A stretch of 64,000 nucleotides of DNA from Acidobacteria bacterium UBA6911. GTDB taxonomy: Bacteria > Acidobacteriota > UBA6911 > RPQK01 > JAJDTT01. The stretch covers positions 1,462-65,461 of the forward strand of contig CAUZIZ010000007.1 of NCBI GenBank assembly GCA_963579905.1, in the 5' to 3' direction. Of this stretch, positions 29,468 through 41,090 are shown piece by piece. How positions within the stretch are numbered: position 1 is the first letter of the stretch; each line of letters begins with the position of its first letter. The translations under genes and the position numbers were made by a program. Under the pieces are notes generated by a model. It searched no databases and was not told where the DNA came from. It worked only from the letters and a program-made list of their open reading frames with translations.

Positions 29468-31389
29468 CTAGAGTGTCGACAGAAAGGCGATGAGATCCGC
29501 GATCTCGGTCGGCGGGATCTGCCGATCCGGGTGTCGGTGGACTTCGAACACCTCCTTCAGGCTTCGGGCGCGGCCGTCGTGGAAGAAGGAAGAGCGCAGA
29601 CCGACCCCGCGCAGGGAGGGAGGGTTGAATTGGCGATTTCCGACTTCGTCGGCAAGACCTACGTCGCGTGAAGTCTTCGCTGTATACGAGGGAGGCGTGT
29701 GGCAGTGTTGGCAGCCGCTGCTGACGAACACTTCCTGGCCCTTCCGAACGGAAACTCCAGAGCCGATGGTGGGTAACTGAGGTGGCTGCAGCGTGCGCAA
29801 GAATGTGGCCAGGGCCCGGACCTTATCCGCTGAGACATCCCGCGCGTGCAGAGTAGTCCGAAGCGACTTGTGGATCTGGTCTTCGAGCGCGGACATGCTG
29901 CCATTCCATGCCCAGGGGCCGCTTTCACCCACGCCGAGTAAGGAAGGAACGCGTTTGGGTGCACCGTAGTTCCCGTCGCCAAGAGTGTCGACGAGGAGCC
30001 CGTTGCTGTGTCCGTCCGAATGGCAACTGTGACGACTCATCCAACCACGTAGCGAAAGCGACGCATCGTAAAAGAGCAGCTCACCCTTATCTGCCTCAGT
30101 GAGAGCGGCCTGAACCCCGAGAGAGATCTCCTTTACAGGTTTGCGAGAACGGATGTCGATCACGGAGATCGAGTCCGAGAGCGTGTTGGCCACGTACAGA
30201 TGTCCGTCGGAGCCAGAGGCAAGAGCCCCGGGACGGCGGCCCACCCTGACGTGATCCAGTCGCGGCCAGGTGCGCTTGCCTATGGCAACTCGGCCAACGC
30301 CGCCGATGCTCACGATCACCTCACCACTGTCGGACACGATCACCTTTTGGGGGTCGCCTGAAGGGGTACTGAAATCTCCCAGATCCAGCGTCCGCATGGC
30401 TGCAAGCATGTTCCCGGTTGGCGAACGGATATCCTCCAGCCTCAGGGAGACCAGACTATTGGAGATCAGTCCGCCCCACACGATATCGTTTCGGTTGGCG
30501 CGGGCGAAGGGGTCGATCCTTTGTCTTGCTACCAACAGTTGTGAGCCGTCGTTGGTAACTGCTAGACCACGAATATTGTGGGCAGGTAGTTCCAAGACCC
30601 GCTCGACCTGGTTTCGTGAGAGATCGATCAGTGCCAGCTTCCCACCGAAAGAGTCCGCCACCAGCAAACGATCATCACCCGGCAGAACCACCTGCTCTCG
30701 GGGTGCGAAGGGCAACTCCAGTGAACTCCGCAAGCGGGACCGGTAGAGGGAGCCAGTTCGATCAGGTCCAACCGCCTGGACCAAAGGCAGGCGACGAAGC
30801 AGCGGCTACTATCTGCGCTGACCGTGACACTGACCGGATAACGACTGACCGGCACGCGATCCAGCACCTGAACGTCCCAGACATCAGGGCCAGGGAGGGA
30901 GAGTACCAGGAGTTCGTCAGCTCCTTCATCCACGGCCAAGAGGCGCCTCTCGATCGAGTCTCGGTTGGGCAGGAAAACCAGGTCTCCGAGTGTTCTACCC
31001 AGCCTGGTCTCGAACTGCACGGTCAGTTCATTGGTGTCGATCACTGAAAGGGTTCCGCTTCGGCGGTTGGACACGAAGAGCCGATGTTCCATCTCGTCCA
31101 GGGCAAGAGCCACCGGATGTCGCAGCAGGGCCTGCCCATGCAGAAAATCGGACTCCCTCTTATCGAGATCAGATACTTGCTTTGAGTCGTCGAAGGGCAC
31201 GGCAAGAGAGGCGCGCTGAGCGCAGGTCCCCTGGCACCAAAAGCCGAACAACGCCAGGACGGAGGCGAGAAATCTCAATATAAGGACGTGGACACCTCTC
31301 CATTCTAGGATTAACGGGGGCGACAGTCCAAGAGGTCTCTTCTTCGTGCTCTCGAGCGGCTGGCCAGGCCTTGTAGTGGTCCCCACCAC
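29468..31389 (-). pseudogene. YVTN-type beta-propeller plus di-heme cytochrome c peroxidase-like protein, frameshifted near 30750
   Basis: LFVSNRRSGTLSVID, LYVANTLSDSISVID, PKRVPSL.GV...PWAWNG, CQHCH, FFHDGRARSL; first heme motif reads SRHSCH. True start uncertain. Confidence 0.8.
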
Positions 31390-31415
31390 CAGGCATACTC
31401 GGACTACTTCTTCAA

Positions 31416-32327
31416 ATGACGGAGGATGCTCTGATGTTCACAGGTTTTGAGAAGACCCAGATCAAGGCGAACGGTATTTTGATCAACCTGGTCCACGGTG
31501 GCACTGGGCCCCCTCTCTTGCTGCTGCACGGGTACCCTCAAACCCACGCGGAGTGGCACAAAATGGCACCTCGCTTAAGCCAGGACTATACGGTGGTTGC
31601 GCCCGACTTACGGGGTTATGGAGACAGCGAGAAGCCTCCGGCGAGTCCCGGGGACCTGAGCGTCTATTGCAAGCGGACGACGGCTCAGGATCAAGTGGAG
31701 CTAATGTCCATCCTGGGTTTCGACTCCTTTCACGTGGTGGGTCACGATCGCGGCGTCCGGGTCGGCCATCGGATGGCTCTGGACCATCCTGCCAGGGTCA
31801 GGAGCCTTACTTCTCTGGACGTGGTCCCTTCTCAAGCTGCCTTCGACAATATGGATCAACAACTCTCGTTCGCCTGGTTCCACTGGCACTTGATGCGCCA
31901 ACCTCACCCTTTTCCCGAAACCATGATCGGAACCAACGCCAAATTCTATCTGGATTTCTTACTAGAGCGGTGGTGTGCTATTGAGGGTTCTATAAGCGAA
32001 GAAGCCTATACCGAATACCTGCGATGTTTCGACAATCCCGAAACCATTCGCGCCACCTGCCTGGATTACCGGGCGATCGAACTGGACCTGGCGCATGACG
32101 AGGAAGACCGCGGTCGCAAGTTGACGTGTCCTGTGCTGGTTCTCTGGGGCAACAACACTGTGAAGCGTCCCGGCTGGCAAACGGGGTCGAGTCTCGAGAT
32201 GCTTGAAGTCTGGTCGGAGCAGGCCACCGCTGTACGAGGCAAGGCTCTAGAATGCGGCCATTTCCTTCCCGAAGAACAACCGGGCGAGATCGTCGCTGAG
32301 CTACTCGGCTTTCTATCTTCCATCTAG
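31416..32327 (+). CDS. Alpha/beta hydrolase, haloacetate (fluoroacetate) dehalogenase-like
   Basis: LLLHGYPQTH, GHDRG nucleophile motif, FHWH, CGHFLPEE. Confidence 0.9.
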   Translation: MTEDALMFTGFEKTQIKANGILINLVHGGTGPPLLLLHGYPQTHAEWHKMAPRLSQDYTVVAPDLRGYGDSEKPPASPGDLSVYCKRTTAQDQVELMSILGFDSFHVVGHDRGVRVGHRMALDHPARVRSLTSLDVVPSQAAFDNMDQQLSFAWFHWHLMRQPHPFPETMIGTNAKFYLDFLLERWCAIEGSISEEAYTEYLRCFDNPETIRATCLDYRAIELDLAHDEEDRGRKLTCPVLVLWGNNTVKRPGWQTGSSLEMLEVWSEQATAVRGKALECGHFLPEEQPGEIVAELLGFLSSI

Positions 32328-32436
32328 ACCGAGTTTCCCACCACCCGTAGCAGAGTGCCCGTCCTACAGGCCATGACTCTGTCAGACGCCGATTCTTGCA
32401 TCTACTCTTTGTCGATGAAGTTCAGGCTTAAAATGC

Positions 32437-33171
32437 TCAATCTGCTGCCAGATTCTCGAGAAGCTTTCCGAAACCCAGCACTGGCTGCCGGATTCCCAGA
32501 GCACAAAAGGCCGACCAGATCGTGGCCTGATTCGAGGTCACCACGGGTTTCCCCGTGGTCTTTTCCAGTGCCTCAGCTGCCTCCATCGCTCTCCATGCGG
32601 TGCAGGAGCAGAAGAGCGCATCTGCTTCGGGTCGACATACCGAAGTGGCAAACTCGACAACGGCTTCGGGCTCTTGATCATTGATCCCCTGCTGACCCGC
32701 AACCGCCGCTACCGGCTCCGCTTCCACATTGAGCACCGAGAACCCAGCCGCCTCTAGATAGCTACGCAGTTTCCGGTTGCCCCAATCCGAATAGGGACTG
32801 GCTACCGAAATCTTCCTGGCTCCAATCGAGTTCAATGCCTCCACTGCCGCAGGGCTCGTCACTACAGCCGGAACTCCTGCCGTCCTCTCTATGAGGTCGA
32901 TCATCTCCCGGTCCCATCCGGCTCCTCTATAGAAACTGCCAGTAGTACAAGCGTAGGCAATGATGTCGACTCTGGCAGTGGCCAGATAGCGAGCACCGCT
33001 CTCTATATCTTCGTTCATTCGCCCCATGCCGTCTTCACTCCGGGTCTCGTCGGTGAGCCAAAGACGCTGGCCATGGACGGTCACACCTGCAGTGACTGCC
33101 ATCTGGAAGTCCGCCTCGCAGGTGGTGTTCGTGGAGGGGACCAGCAGACCTATGCGCTTTCGAATACTCAT
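32437..33171 (-). CDS. Maleate isomerase / arylmalonate decarboxylase (Asp/Glu racemase family)
   Basis: GLLVPSTNTT, ACTTGS, SCTAW, PVVTSNQAT. Confidence 0.9.
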   Translation of the reverse strand: MSIRKRIGLLVPSTNTTCEADFQMAVTAGVTVHGQRLWLTDETRSEDGMGRMNEDIESGARYLATARVDIIAYACTTGSFYRGAGWDREMIDLIERTAGVPAVVTSPAAVEALNSIGARKISVASPYSDWGNRKLRSYLEAAGFSVLNVEAEPVAAVAGQQGINDQEPEAVVEFATSVCRPEADALFCSCTAWRAMEAAEALEKTTGKPVVTSNQATIWSAFCALGIRQPVLGFGKLLENLAAD

Positions 33172-33392
33172 CTGTCCACTCCTTGGAGAAATGGGAGAAA
33201 TCAGGATTCAGTATAGAAGGGCGGCTACACCCAGGCAACGGATACCTTGAAGACGATGCCGATCCTTGGATGCGCCGACTCTCAAGCTTGCCCCTTGCCA
33301 GTGAGTCCAGTTGTGGCTAAGGTGGCCCCACGGGTAGCGGAAGGCGGGGACAGTATTGATCAAGATGCTTTAGCTGTGAAGGAGAGTTCATA

Positions 33393-34433
33393 ATGGGTGA
33401 TCTGAATGTGGGAGTCGTCGGTCTTGGATGGGTAGCAGGAGCACATATCGATGCCTTCAAATCGGTCGAGGGTGCCAATGTAACGGCGGTCTGCTCTCGG
33501 CGGCAGCTAGATGAATCGGAGTTGGCGCTCCAGTACGGGACTCCGCTCAAGGCGTACCAGGACCTGGACGATATGCTTAGAGATCCCTCCATCGATATCG
33601 TCGACATCTGTACTCCCCATCCTCTTCACCCCCAACAGTCGATCGCGGCAGCTAAGGCGGGGAAACATCTCATCATCGAGAAACCGATTTCCCTGACCTT
33701 CGAGGACGCGAAATCGATGGGGCAGGCCATCCAGGATGCCGGAGTGGGTTCGTGCGTGTGTTTCGAAGTACGCTACAGCCAGCACGGCAACATGATCCGT
33801 TCGGTGCTGGATCAGGGTCTTCTAGGCTCTATCCACTACGCCGAGGTCGACTACTACCATGGGATCGGTCCCTGGTATGGCCAGTACGGTTGGAACGTGA
33901 AGCGCGACATTGGAGGAAGCAGTCTCCTGACGGCGGGCTGTCATGCCGTCGATCTACTCCTCTGGCTGATGGACGGGGAAGTGGAGGAAATCACCAGTTA
34001 CAGCAACCGGTCCAGTAGCGAGATCTTTGCGCCCTACGAGTACGACGGGACCTCGGTTAGCCTCCTCAAATTCAAAGACGGAAAACTGGCGAAGGTTGCC
34101 TCGGTTATCGACTGCCTGCAACCCTATTATTTCCACATCCATCTGGTGGGTAGCGAGGGAAGTCTTCTGGACAACCGCTTCTATAGTCACAAACTGAAGG
34201 GCCAGACCAAGGACAGATGGAGCACTTTGGAAACCGCGCTTATTGATTCGGGAGACGTCGCTGACCACCCCTACCTGCCTCAGTTTCAGGCGTTCGTGGA
34301 CAGCCTCGAGAAGGGCGAGCCCATGCCGCTGACCGACTTCGCAACCGCCTTCGAGACCCATCGGGTGGTTTTCGCGGCGGATCGCTCAGCCGCAGAAGGG
34401 AGAACCGTGAGGCTCGCTGAGCTGGAAGGGTAA
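33393..34433 (+). CDS. Gfo/Idh/MocA family oxidoreductase
   Basis: [25 protein letters not shown]. Confidence 0.9.
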   Translation: MGDLNVGVVGLGWVAGAHIDAFKSVEGANVTAVCSRRQLDESELALQYGTPLKAYQDLDDMLRDPSIDIVDICTPHPLHPQQSIAAAKAGKHLIIEKPISLTFEDAKSMGQAIQDAGVGSCVCFEVRYSQHGNMIRSVLDQGLLGSIHYAEVDYYHGIGPWYGQYGWNVKRDIGGSSLLTAGCHAVDLLLWLMDGEVEEITSYSNRSSSEIFAPYEYDGTSVSLLKFKDGKLAKVASVIDCLQPYYFHIHLVGSEGSLLDNRFYSHKLKGQTKDRWSTLETALIDSGDVADHPYLPQFQAFVDSLEKGEPMPLTDFATAFETHRVVFAADRSAAEGRTVRLAELEG

Positions 34434-34503
34434 GTGAAGGCCAAGATACAAGCCATTTGGAACGGGAGATTTGCTCGTAGCCTGCAACCTGGGTTTTTCC
34501 TGA

Positions 34504-34770
34504 TTACGTGAAACGCTTGCCCGTGCGGGCACGAGCTTTCTCTGCTTCTTGTTCTCGGTTCCGGGGCGAGGCGTTGGTCGAAAGCGAGTCGATCAGCGTG
34601 CGTGCGATCTGCGAGACTTCCAAAACGGCTCGCTCGAAGGCCGCCTGATTCGCTCGGAAGGGCTGGGTGAATCCGCTCAACTTCCGCACGAATTGAATCG
34701 AGGCAGCTCGCACCTCCCCGTCGGTTGCAGGTGGGTCGAAATTGAACAGTGTCTTGATGTTTCTACACAT
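34504..34770 (-). CDS. DUF2277 domain protein
   Basis: MCRNIKTLFNFDPPAT..EVRAASIQFVRKLSG. Confidence 0.9.
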   Translation of the reverse strand: MCRNIKTLFNFDPPATDGEVRAASIQFVRKLSGFTQPFRANQAAFERAVLEVSQIARTLIDSLSTNASPRNREQEAEKARARTGKRFT

Positions 34771-34773
34771 GGC

Positions 34774-35709
34774 TCACCGGGTTCCTGCGAGGGACTCCGC
34801 TGACGATGCTAGCAGCCCCGAAACCGAAGTCGTGTGCCAATCCTCCGCACGCTTCGCCCAATAAAGATCACGCAGTGTGCAGGAAATCTGACCGGGTGTG
34901 CCGTCCCCGATCGCTCGCTCGCTGACGCGCGTCACTGGGACAATTCCACCGCCGGTGGTAGATATGAAGGCTTCTTCGGACTTCTGAAGATCTTCTGCTG
35001 TGAGATTGGCGGTAGTCGCTTCGAGATCCAGCAGTGAACAGAGCTCGAAGACGGTACGGCGGGTAATCCCTTCAAGCATGTTGTCCCCTGGGGTCAATAC
35101 CCTGCCGTCCTTGACTATCCACAGGTTGAAGCCTGGACCTTCGGTCAAGAAGCCATCGGTGGAAGGCAGTACCGGAGCATCGGCCCCTGCATCCAGAGCT
35201 TCGAACTGGGCCCGCGTCAGGTCCATTCGATTGAAGCTCTTGGTTTTCTGGTTGATGGCGGAGTTGGGCGCCCGACAGGTCTCGGCCAGCCACAGGTGGA
35301 CCCCGGTCTTAACCCGCTCTCGGGGCACTACCCAATAATAGGGGTGCGAATAAGCAATGAACTCGTTCTCACAGCTTCGCGGATCGCCGATCGCTCCTCC
35401 CCCGGTGTAGCTGCCGCGGGTGCAGAGCATGTACACCATCGCCTCGCTGAGGCCAGCACGGTCCACGCACTGTGCCAGGATCTGCTTCATCTCGTCTTCG
35501 GAATACGGGGACTTCATCCGCACATACTCGCGAGACTCCCGGAAGCGCCTCAAATGGTCTTCCAGCCGGAAGAATCTTCCATCCCAGACGGACACCACGT
35601 CGAACACGACGTCGCTCTTGCTGAAGGCCGGGTCCAGGATTGAGACGTTTACCTCCTCGACTGGCAAAAAACGTCCCCGTTGATATGCAATTCCATTTGA
35701 ATCTTCCAT
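34774..35709 (-). CDS. Class IV aminotransferase (BCAT/D-amino-acid aminotransferase-like)
   Basis: FFRLEDHLRRF, TEGPGFN, LEGITRRTV, EAFISTTGGG. Confidence 0.9.
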   Translation of the reverse strand: MEDSNGIAYQRGRFLPVEEVNVSILDPAFSKSDVVFDVVSVWDGRFFRLEDHLRRFRESREYVRMKSPYSEDEMKQILAQCVDRAGLSEAMVYMLCTRGSYTGGGAIGDPRSCENEFIAYSHPYYWVVPRERVKTGVHLWLAETCRAPNSAINQKTKSFNRMDLTRAQFEALDAGADAPVLPSTDGFLTEGPGFNLWIVKDGRVLTPGDNMLEGITRRTVFELCSLLDLEATTANLTAEDLQKSEEAFISTTGGGIVPVTRVSERAIGDGTPGQISCTLRDLYWAKRAEDWHTTSVSGLLASSAESLAGTR

Positions 35710-35735
35710 TTGAATTCCTCCGATGATCGGCTACC

Positions 35736-37708
35736 TCAAATAATGCCCTTCTGGTGCAGAGTCGTGACAGTCGAGAGCAAAGCCACTGCGAGAAAGAAAA
35801 GACCGGCCAGAAACAGACCTATCCGTGCAACCCAGCCGGGTCGCAATTGCGCCGGCAGTAGAACTAGGTTGACAGCCAAGGTGTGCCAACAGCTGAAGCC
35901 GAGCGCGAAATTCATGAGCAGGGTCGCGATGAAGAGCAGAGTTACCGGCGGTTCCAAGAGCAGTAAGATGATCCCAAGAACCGCGTAGGCCGCAAGCGCC
36001 GAGAAATAGACATAGCGAATGGACCTGGGGTCGAAGGTCCTGGCCTTGCGGCTGGCAATCCAGAAGACGTCAACCCAGCGCCGAAGGAATCCGTCGGTGG
36101 CGGGAGTGACCCCGCTTCCCAGAACCAAAAAGGCACACAAGAGCGTAAAGATCCAGAACAGATTTCCCCACTCGGAACCAACACCATCGCGTACCCCATT
36201 GGCCGTAATCAGAGCAGTCTGCCACTGGTCTTCGAGGAAAAAGCCCCGAGGCAGGAACATAAGAGACAACATCGCCGGCAACGCGATGCCAACGAAGCAA
36301 CTGGGCATCCAGACGGCCCACTGGTCACGAACCACGAATCGAAACCACTTGCGCCAGAGGGGGAGCGTATCGGTGCCCGGCTCGAAGACCATTCCCCCGT
36401 GTGAAAGCTGAAATTCTCTTCCCCCGATGATGCTGGGAATGGCACCGACATGAGCCCCCATCCCCCAGCCCTGCTCACGGGTATAGTTACTGGTTGAAGA
36501 GTTCCCCAGGCCTCCGTTTCCGGAAATGGCTACTAAAGCACCTAAAAACATCAAGATACTGAGGTCAACTTCCGGTAGAGGACGCCCTTGGATCAAGGCA
36601 GCGAATACGTTGTCCAGGTTGTCACCGTCGCGGATCTCATCACCGTCGATGTCCAGAAATGCGTCGAGCCTGCCGTCCCCGTCCCGATCGAAGGAGACTG
36701 TCCGATCGGGATTGCCGTCACCGGTGGAGTCGACGGCCAGACTCTGGTCTGGCTTTCCGTCACCGTCAAAATCAGGCCAGAATCCAGAACCGCCTCCGAC
36801 ACTGGGAACCATCGGATCTGGCCGCCCGTCCTGGTCCGCGTCGGTGGCATCCGGTTTGCCGTCGCCGTCCGTATCGAACTGAAGCTGGAGTGTGGGCTCC
36901 TTGACGTCCAGGTTGCCGTCGCCATCCCAATCCTCTCCCTGGTCGAGAAGGCCATTGAGGTTTGCGTCTTCGCTGCGCCGAATGGGAACGTTGCCGAACT
37001 TGAAGAACCCACTGGTAATTTCGGCCCACGTCTCCAGAGTGGAGAACATGCCCGCCAACAGCAGCAAGAATCCCATCACCAGGACGATCTTCGTGGTCAT
37101 GAGGACTCGGATCGAGTTGTAGATTTCCCCCCCAAAGACCAGAGGAATCATCGCCGCTAGAAAAATACCAATAGATAGGCCTCTGATTGCGAACTCATCC
37201 GCGGGGTTGCTGGCGGGATCGGGAATCGCAACTCGCAAAAGGGCCAACAGCGGAATTGCGCCGCTGGCAGCAAGGTACGGGAAAAACGACGCGGCATCGA
37301 ACATCAGGTAAACCGGCACCCAGAAGGCTGGTCCGGGAAGGGTGCGGAGCTTGCCCGCAAAGATGGGCTCACCGGTATAGAGGGCGTAGCGGCTTACCTC
37401 CACGTTGTAGAGGGCCTGGCCGAGGATACTGAGGGTGGCAGCCAAAGCAGTCCTCCCCCATAGCGAGCTGTGACCACAGGCCCCGTCAGCCATTCGCCAC
37501 CGCCAATCGCCGCCCCCGCCATGAAGAGTCCGGGTCCCAGCATAGCCACCCAGTTCCTCACTGTGAAGGCGGGCGGATGGGGTAATTGTCCGATCCCCCA
37601 GGCCGGCATCCGCCTCGAACCAGGCGTTGGGGCTTTCCCAGTGTCGACAACCTCACCGTCGTCGCTATTCGCGATCACTTGCAGCTCTTGGCTATCTGGA
37701 TTTTTCAT
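35736..37708 (-). pseudogene. Nramp-like membrane transporter with DxDxDG-repeat insert, one frameshift near 37440
   Basis: LGPGLFMAGAAIGGGEWL.GP..TARYGGGLLW|LATLSILGQALYNVE.SRY.LYTGE; a single missing base restores the frame. Confidence 0.85.
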
Positions 37709-37863
37709 ATCTGGCCCGCTGCGACCAACTCGACATCGGCGGTACAGTTGTCTCGACGACCCTCTCTAGCGTATCCAGAGGGTAAGCACTGCTACATCAG
37801 GGATCAAGTTTCCGACCACACAGGCAGACCATTTCCCAACCCTTTCCGCTCCAACAGTGCTGC

Positions 37864-37965
37864 GAACGTGTGAACTTCCGGCACTACGAAGTCGAGTCCG
37901 GCAGATTCGCGGGCGACTTGACTTATCAGCAATATGAGCCCAAATTTCCGAGGAGAGACCAGAAG
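37864..37965 (+). repeat. Dispersed repeat family, degenerate core copy
   Basis: GAACGTGTGAACTTCCGGC..ACGAAGTCGAGTCCG..GGCGACTTGA..AGCAATATGAGCCCA..TTCCGAGGAGAGA. Confidence 0.65.
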
Positions 37966-38114
37966 TCTGCGCGGCAAAAAACGGATCCGATGAGGGTACT
38001 GCCCTGAAAGGACTTGGGGAAAGAATATCGCGTCGCAAGTGGGTCGCCGCCTCGGCCTGCCTGGGACTTGCAGGATCAGGGCAGAATGCTATCTGGGGGA
38101 GGACGAAAAAGGAG

Positions 38115-38971
38115 TTGAGGATCGTCGACGCGCACGTTCACGTCTGGAGCTCCGATACCGAAAAGTATCCCTTAGCCGCAGGTTTTCGAAAGGAGAATCT
38201 GTGGTTTCCCAGCTTCTCTATCGAGGAGTTGCTTGCACTTTTCCGTCCCACTGGGATCCGCCGTGTGAACCTTATCCAGACGACGTGGTATGGCCTGGAT
38301 CACAGTTATATCCTCGATGCCATCGCCTCGAGTCCGAGGCAGTTCGTGGGGACAGGGATCGTGCCGGCCATCACCGACGTCTCAATTGCGAGTCCCGACC
38401 GAACCATGGTTGCTTTGGCGGAAGGTGGTATCTACGCCTTCCGCATTCGAGGTCAGAGCACGCGTCCTCCCCTCGACGACGGTCCTCAGTGGATGGACCA
38501 TTCGGGCTTCGAGAAGATGTTTTCCGCCGGAGCCGAGCACAATCTGGCCCTCAGCTTTCTCATGACTCCGGAGGATCTGCCCGAACTGGAGCGGATGTGT
38601 AGTCGTCATCCCGAATGTCCCGTGATCATCGATCACTTTTGTCTCATCGGACGAAAGGGCCGGGTTATCGAGTCCGAGGTTCAGGCCCTGTGTAGAATGG
38701 CCCGCTACAAGCGAGTGATGGTCAAGATCGGAGCCTTCTACGCCCTGGGAGCCAAGCGCCCCCCCTATCTCGACATGCTTCCATTTATTGAGCGTGTCGT
38801 CGAAGCCTTTGGTCCCGAGCGTTGTATGTGGGAAAGCGATGCTCCTCTGCAGGCCAGGACGCCCACAGCTTCGAAGCTGCCATGAGCGTCATCCGTGACC
38901 ACTCGGATTTCCTTTCCGCGACCGATAAGAATCAGATTCTGGTGAAGACTTCCGAAGACTTCTTTTTTTAA
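38115..38971 (+). pseudogene. Amidohydrolase_2 family protein, frameshift near 38850
   Basis: MRIVDAHVHVW, IIDHF, AFGPERCMWESD; the shifted frame continues HSFEAAMSVIRDHSDFLSATDKNQILVKTSEDFFF*. Confidence 0.8.
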
Positions 38972-38994
38972 TCGTTAGCAACGAGGGGCCCACC

Positions 38995-39939
38995 ATGCGC
39001 GAGCAGCTGAGTCGCCGCAGGTTCTTTCAGTCAATGAGTGCTGTGGCCACCGCAGGCACGGCTGCGGCTCCCCGCGGAGAACTGGGGACGTTGCCTTTCT
39101 CCACTCCAGCGATGACCCGCCCGGGGATGCCCTTCGTCAATCCCAAGAAGGTGCTGCTTTGGGAGAATACGCGGAAGGAGATTCGTGAGTCCTTGGCAAG
39201 TGGTCGGGTGAAGGCCGCGATTCTTCCCACGGGATCGGTCGAGCAGCACAACGAGCACATGGCCCTGATCGCCGACGTTGCCATCTCGACGCTGATCTCG
39301 AAACAGGTGGCACTGCAGCTCTATCCAAGCGTCCTGGTCGCTCCCCCGAGTCCCTGCGGGTACGCCCCCTATCACATGGCTCGCAAGGGCACGATTACCC
39401 TGCGCAAGGAGACCTTCCAAGCCTACGTACTCGATGTCCTCGACAGTCTGAAAGCCCACGGTATCCGCAATATCCTTGTCTTGAACGGACACGGGGGAAA
39501 TCATCAGCCGCTCCTGGAGATGTTGCCCGTCTAGCGCCAGCAGCTGGGGATCAATCTCGACGCCGATTCCTATTGGAGCGCGATCCCGAAGGAGACTATG
39601 GATCAGATTATCAAATCCGAGAACCGGACATCCCATGCCGGAGAGTTCGAGACCTCGATTTACCTGGCCGCGTTTCCAGACCGGCTGCGCGCTTTTACGA
39701 TGGAGGCTTACGACCGGGCCGGCTTGAACTATGAGTCGCAGTTCGCCCCCGACATCGAGAAGTTTCTTGCCCACGATCGGCGATCCCGAGATGGGGGTCT
39801 AAAAGGCGAGAACACACGCGACCGGGCACGCCAGAAAGAAGCGCTGCTTGCGACTGCGGAGAAAGGCGAGACTATCGTGGCTACGGCTACGCGGTTCTTT
39901 GCGAAAAGGCTTAAAAAGATGATCGCCAAGGCGGAGTGA
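38995..39939 (+). pseudogene. Creatininase family protein, Tat signal, in-frame TAG at 39532-34
   Basis: PTGSVEQHNEHM..AD, LNGHGGN, SHAGEFETS; the two ORFs are in the same frame. Confidence 0.85.
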
Positions 39940-40549
39940 AGTCTGGACGTCGACGACGCGGTGCCCAAAGTGTCAACACACTCTCCGCCGTTTGTGGCTA
40001 CAGGGCTGGGCTCACGGGCGCTCAGATTCTCCAGGTCCTGAGGGCGGTAGGCCCTTTTCGTTCAGGGAGGACTCGCTTGGAGCGGAAACTCGCCTCTCAC
40101 GCGACGGCGTTTTCTGGGCAGACAATCGCGCCCGGTAGGTCGGAATTTAAGATTCTCTCGTCTTCATCGCTGCTCTCCGCAGGCATCACAGCCTGGCGCA
40201 GCATCGTTGGACTTGGGTTCGTGCTATTACCAGTTCTGGTCTTTGTAGTCCTGTTTGACCGGAAACCTGAAACCCTCATTCGGCCTGTAAAAATTCAAGT
40301 GTCACCTTAGTCCCGCTCCAGAAGCCCTGGCCCCATTCGAGAACGAAACTTTGCAATTGATGGAAGCCTGAAGCGCGAGCGAGGGGTCGGGGACCAGTGC
40401 AAATGTTCCCGACTCGTTTGCTTGCCTTCGCTACAAAGTCCGTTTGTTGACGTACGCCGCCGCGGCCCAACCCCTGGCTTTCGCTTCAGGATTCCCTGAC
40501 CTAAAGATCGATTAATAAACGGGTTATACCTTTGTTCCTCAGGGAAATC

Positions 40550-41064
40550 CCAATGAAGTGTGAGGTTAGTCCCGCCCCCAGGAAGCACTGGCCCCATTCG
40601 AGAAGGAAACTTCGGTCGAGGATAGGCGATATCGTGCGTCACTCCGTGGGGAAGAGTTGTCCAGCTCTCTCCTCGGAATCTGGCCTCATGTTGCTAACGG
40701 GTCGAGTCGTTCGCGGCTCTGACGGACTTGGCTTTGTAATACTGGTAGTTCGCCCTCAGGTCGTGACAAGAGTCTGGGGAGTCTAGTCTTGGTGAAGTGG
40801 GTTGATGCTGTCGGCAAACAGGTCCCGTTCGACGCGCTGTCCGGGGACTAGCCCGGATTTCTCATCGCTTGTCGTAGCGAGGCGCCGCAAGGGCCGTCCT
40901 GGCAAGGCTTGCGACCGAGGCCGCCGCAGTCGTGCTTTGACAGTACGTCGAGGCGGCCGACCGAGCGCAACGCAGCCAGGGCGGATGATTGCGGCGGCGC
41001 AGTAGACCAGCGATGAGAAATGCGGGCTAGCGACGTGGGACGTATTCTTGAAGTTTTAGCTTAG
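40550..41064 (-). repeat. Dispersed repeat family, long copy B (inverted, interrupted by a MITE)
   Basis: Minus strand starts CTAAGCTAAAACTTCAAGAATACGTCCCACGTC at 41064 and the core resumes at ~40755; a second partial 3' end lies at ~40299-40352. Confidence 0.8.
40848..41030. mobile_element. 183-bp MITE with CTAG ends and 22-bp terminal inverted repeats
   Basis: CTAGCCCGGATTTCTCATCGCT ... AGCGATGAGAAATGCGGGCTAG (1 mismatch). Confidence 0.9.
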
Positions 41065-41090
41065 GCTTTGAGAGGTGAGGCTTGATTCGG

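Noticed and set aside
39031-39774. Long antisense ORFs (e.g. 39031-39774, 53431-54219, 41235-42161, 27637-28338)
   Set aside because: They are shadows of well-supported genes on the opposite strand with no recognisable motifs
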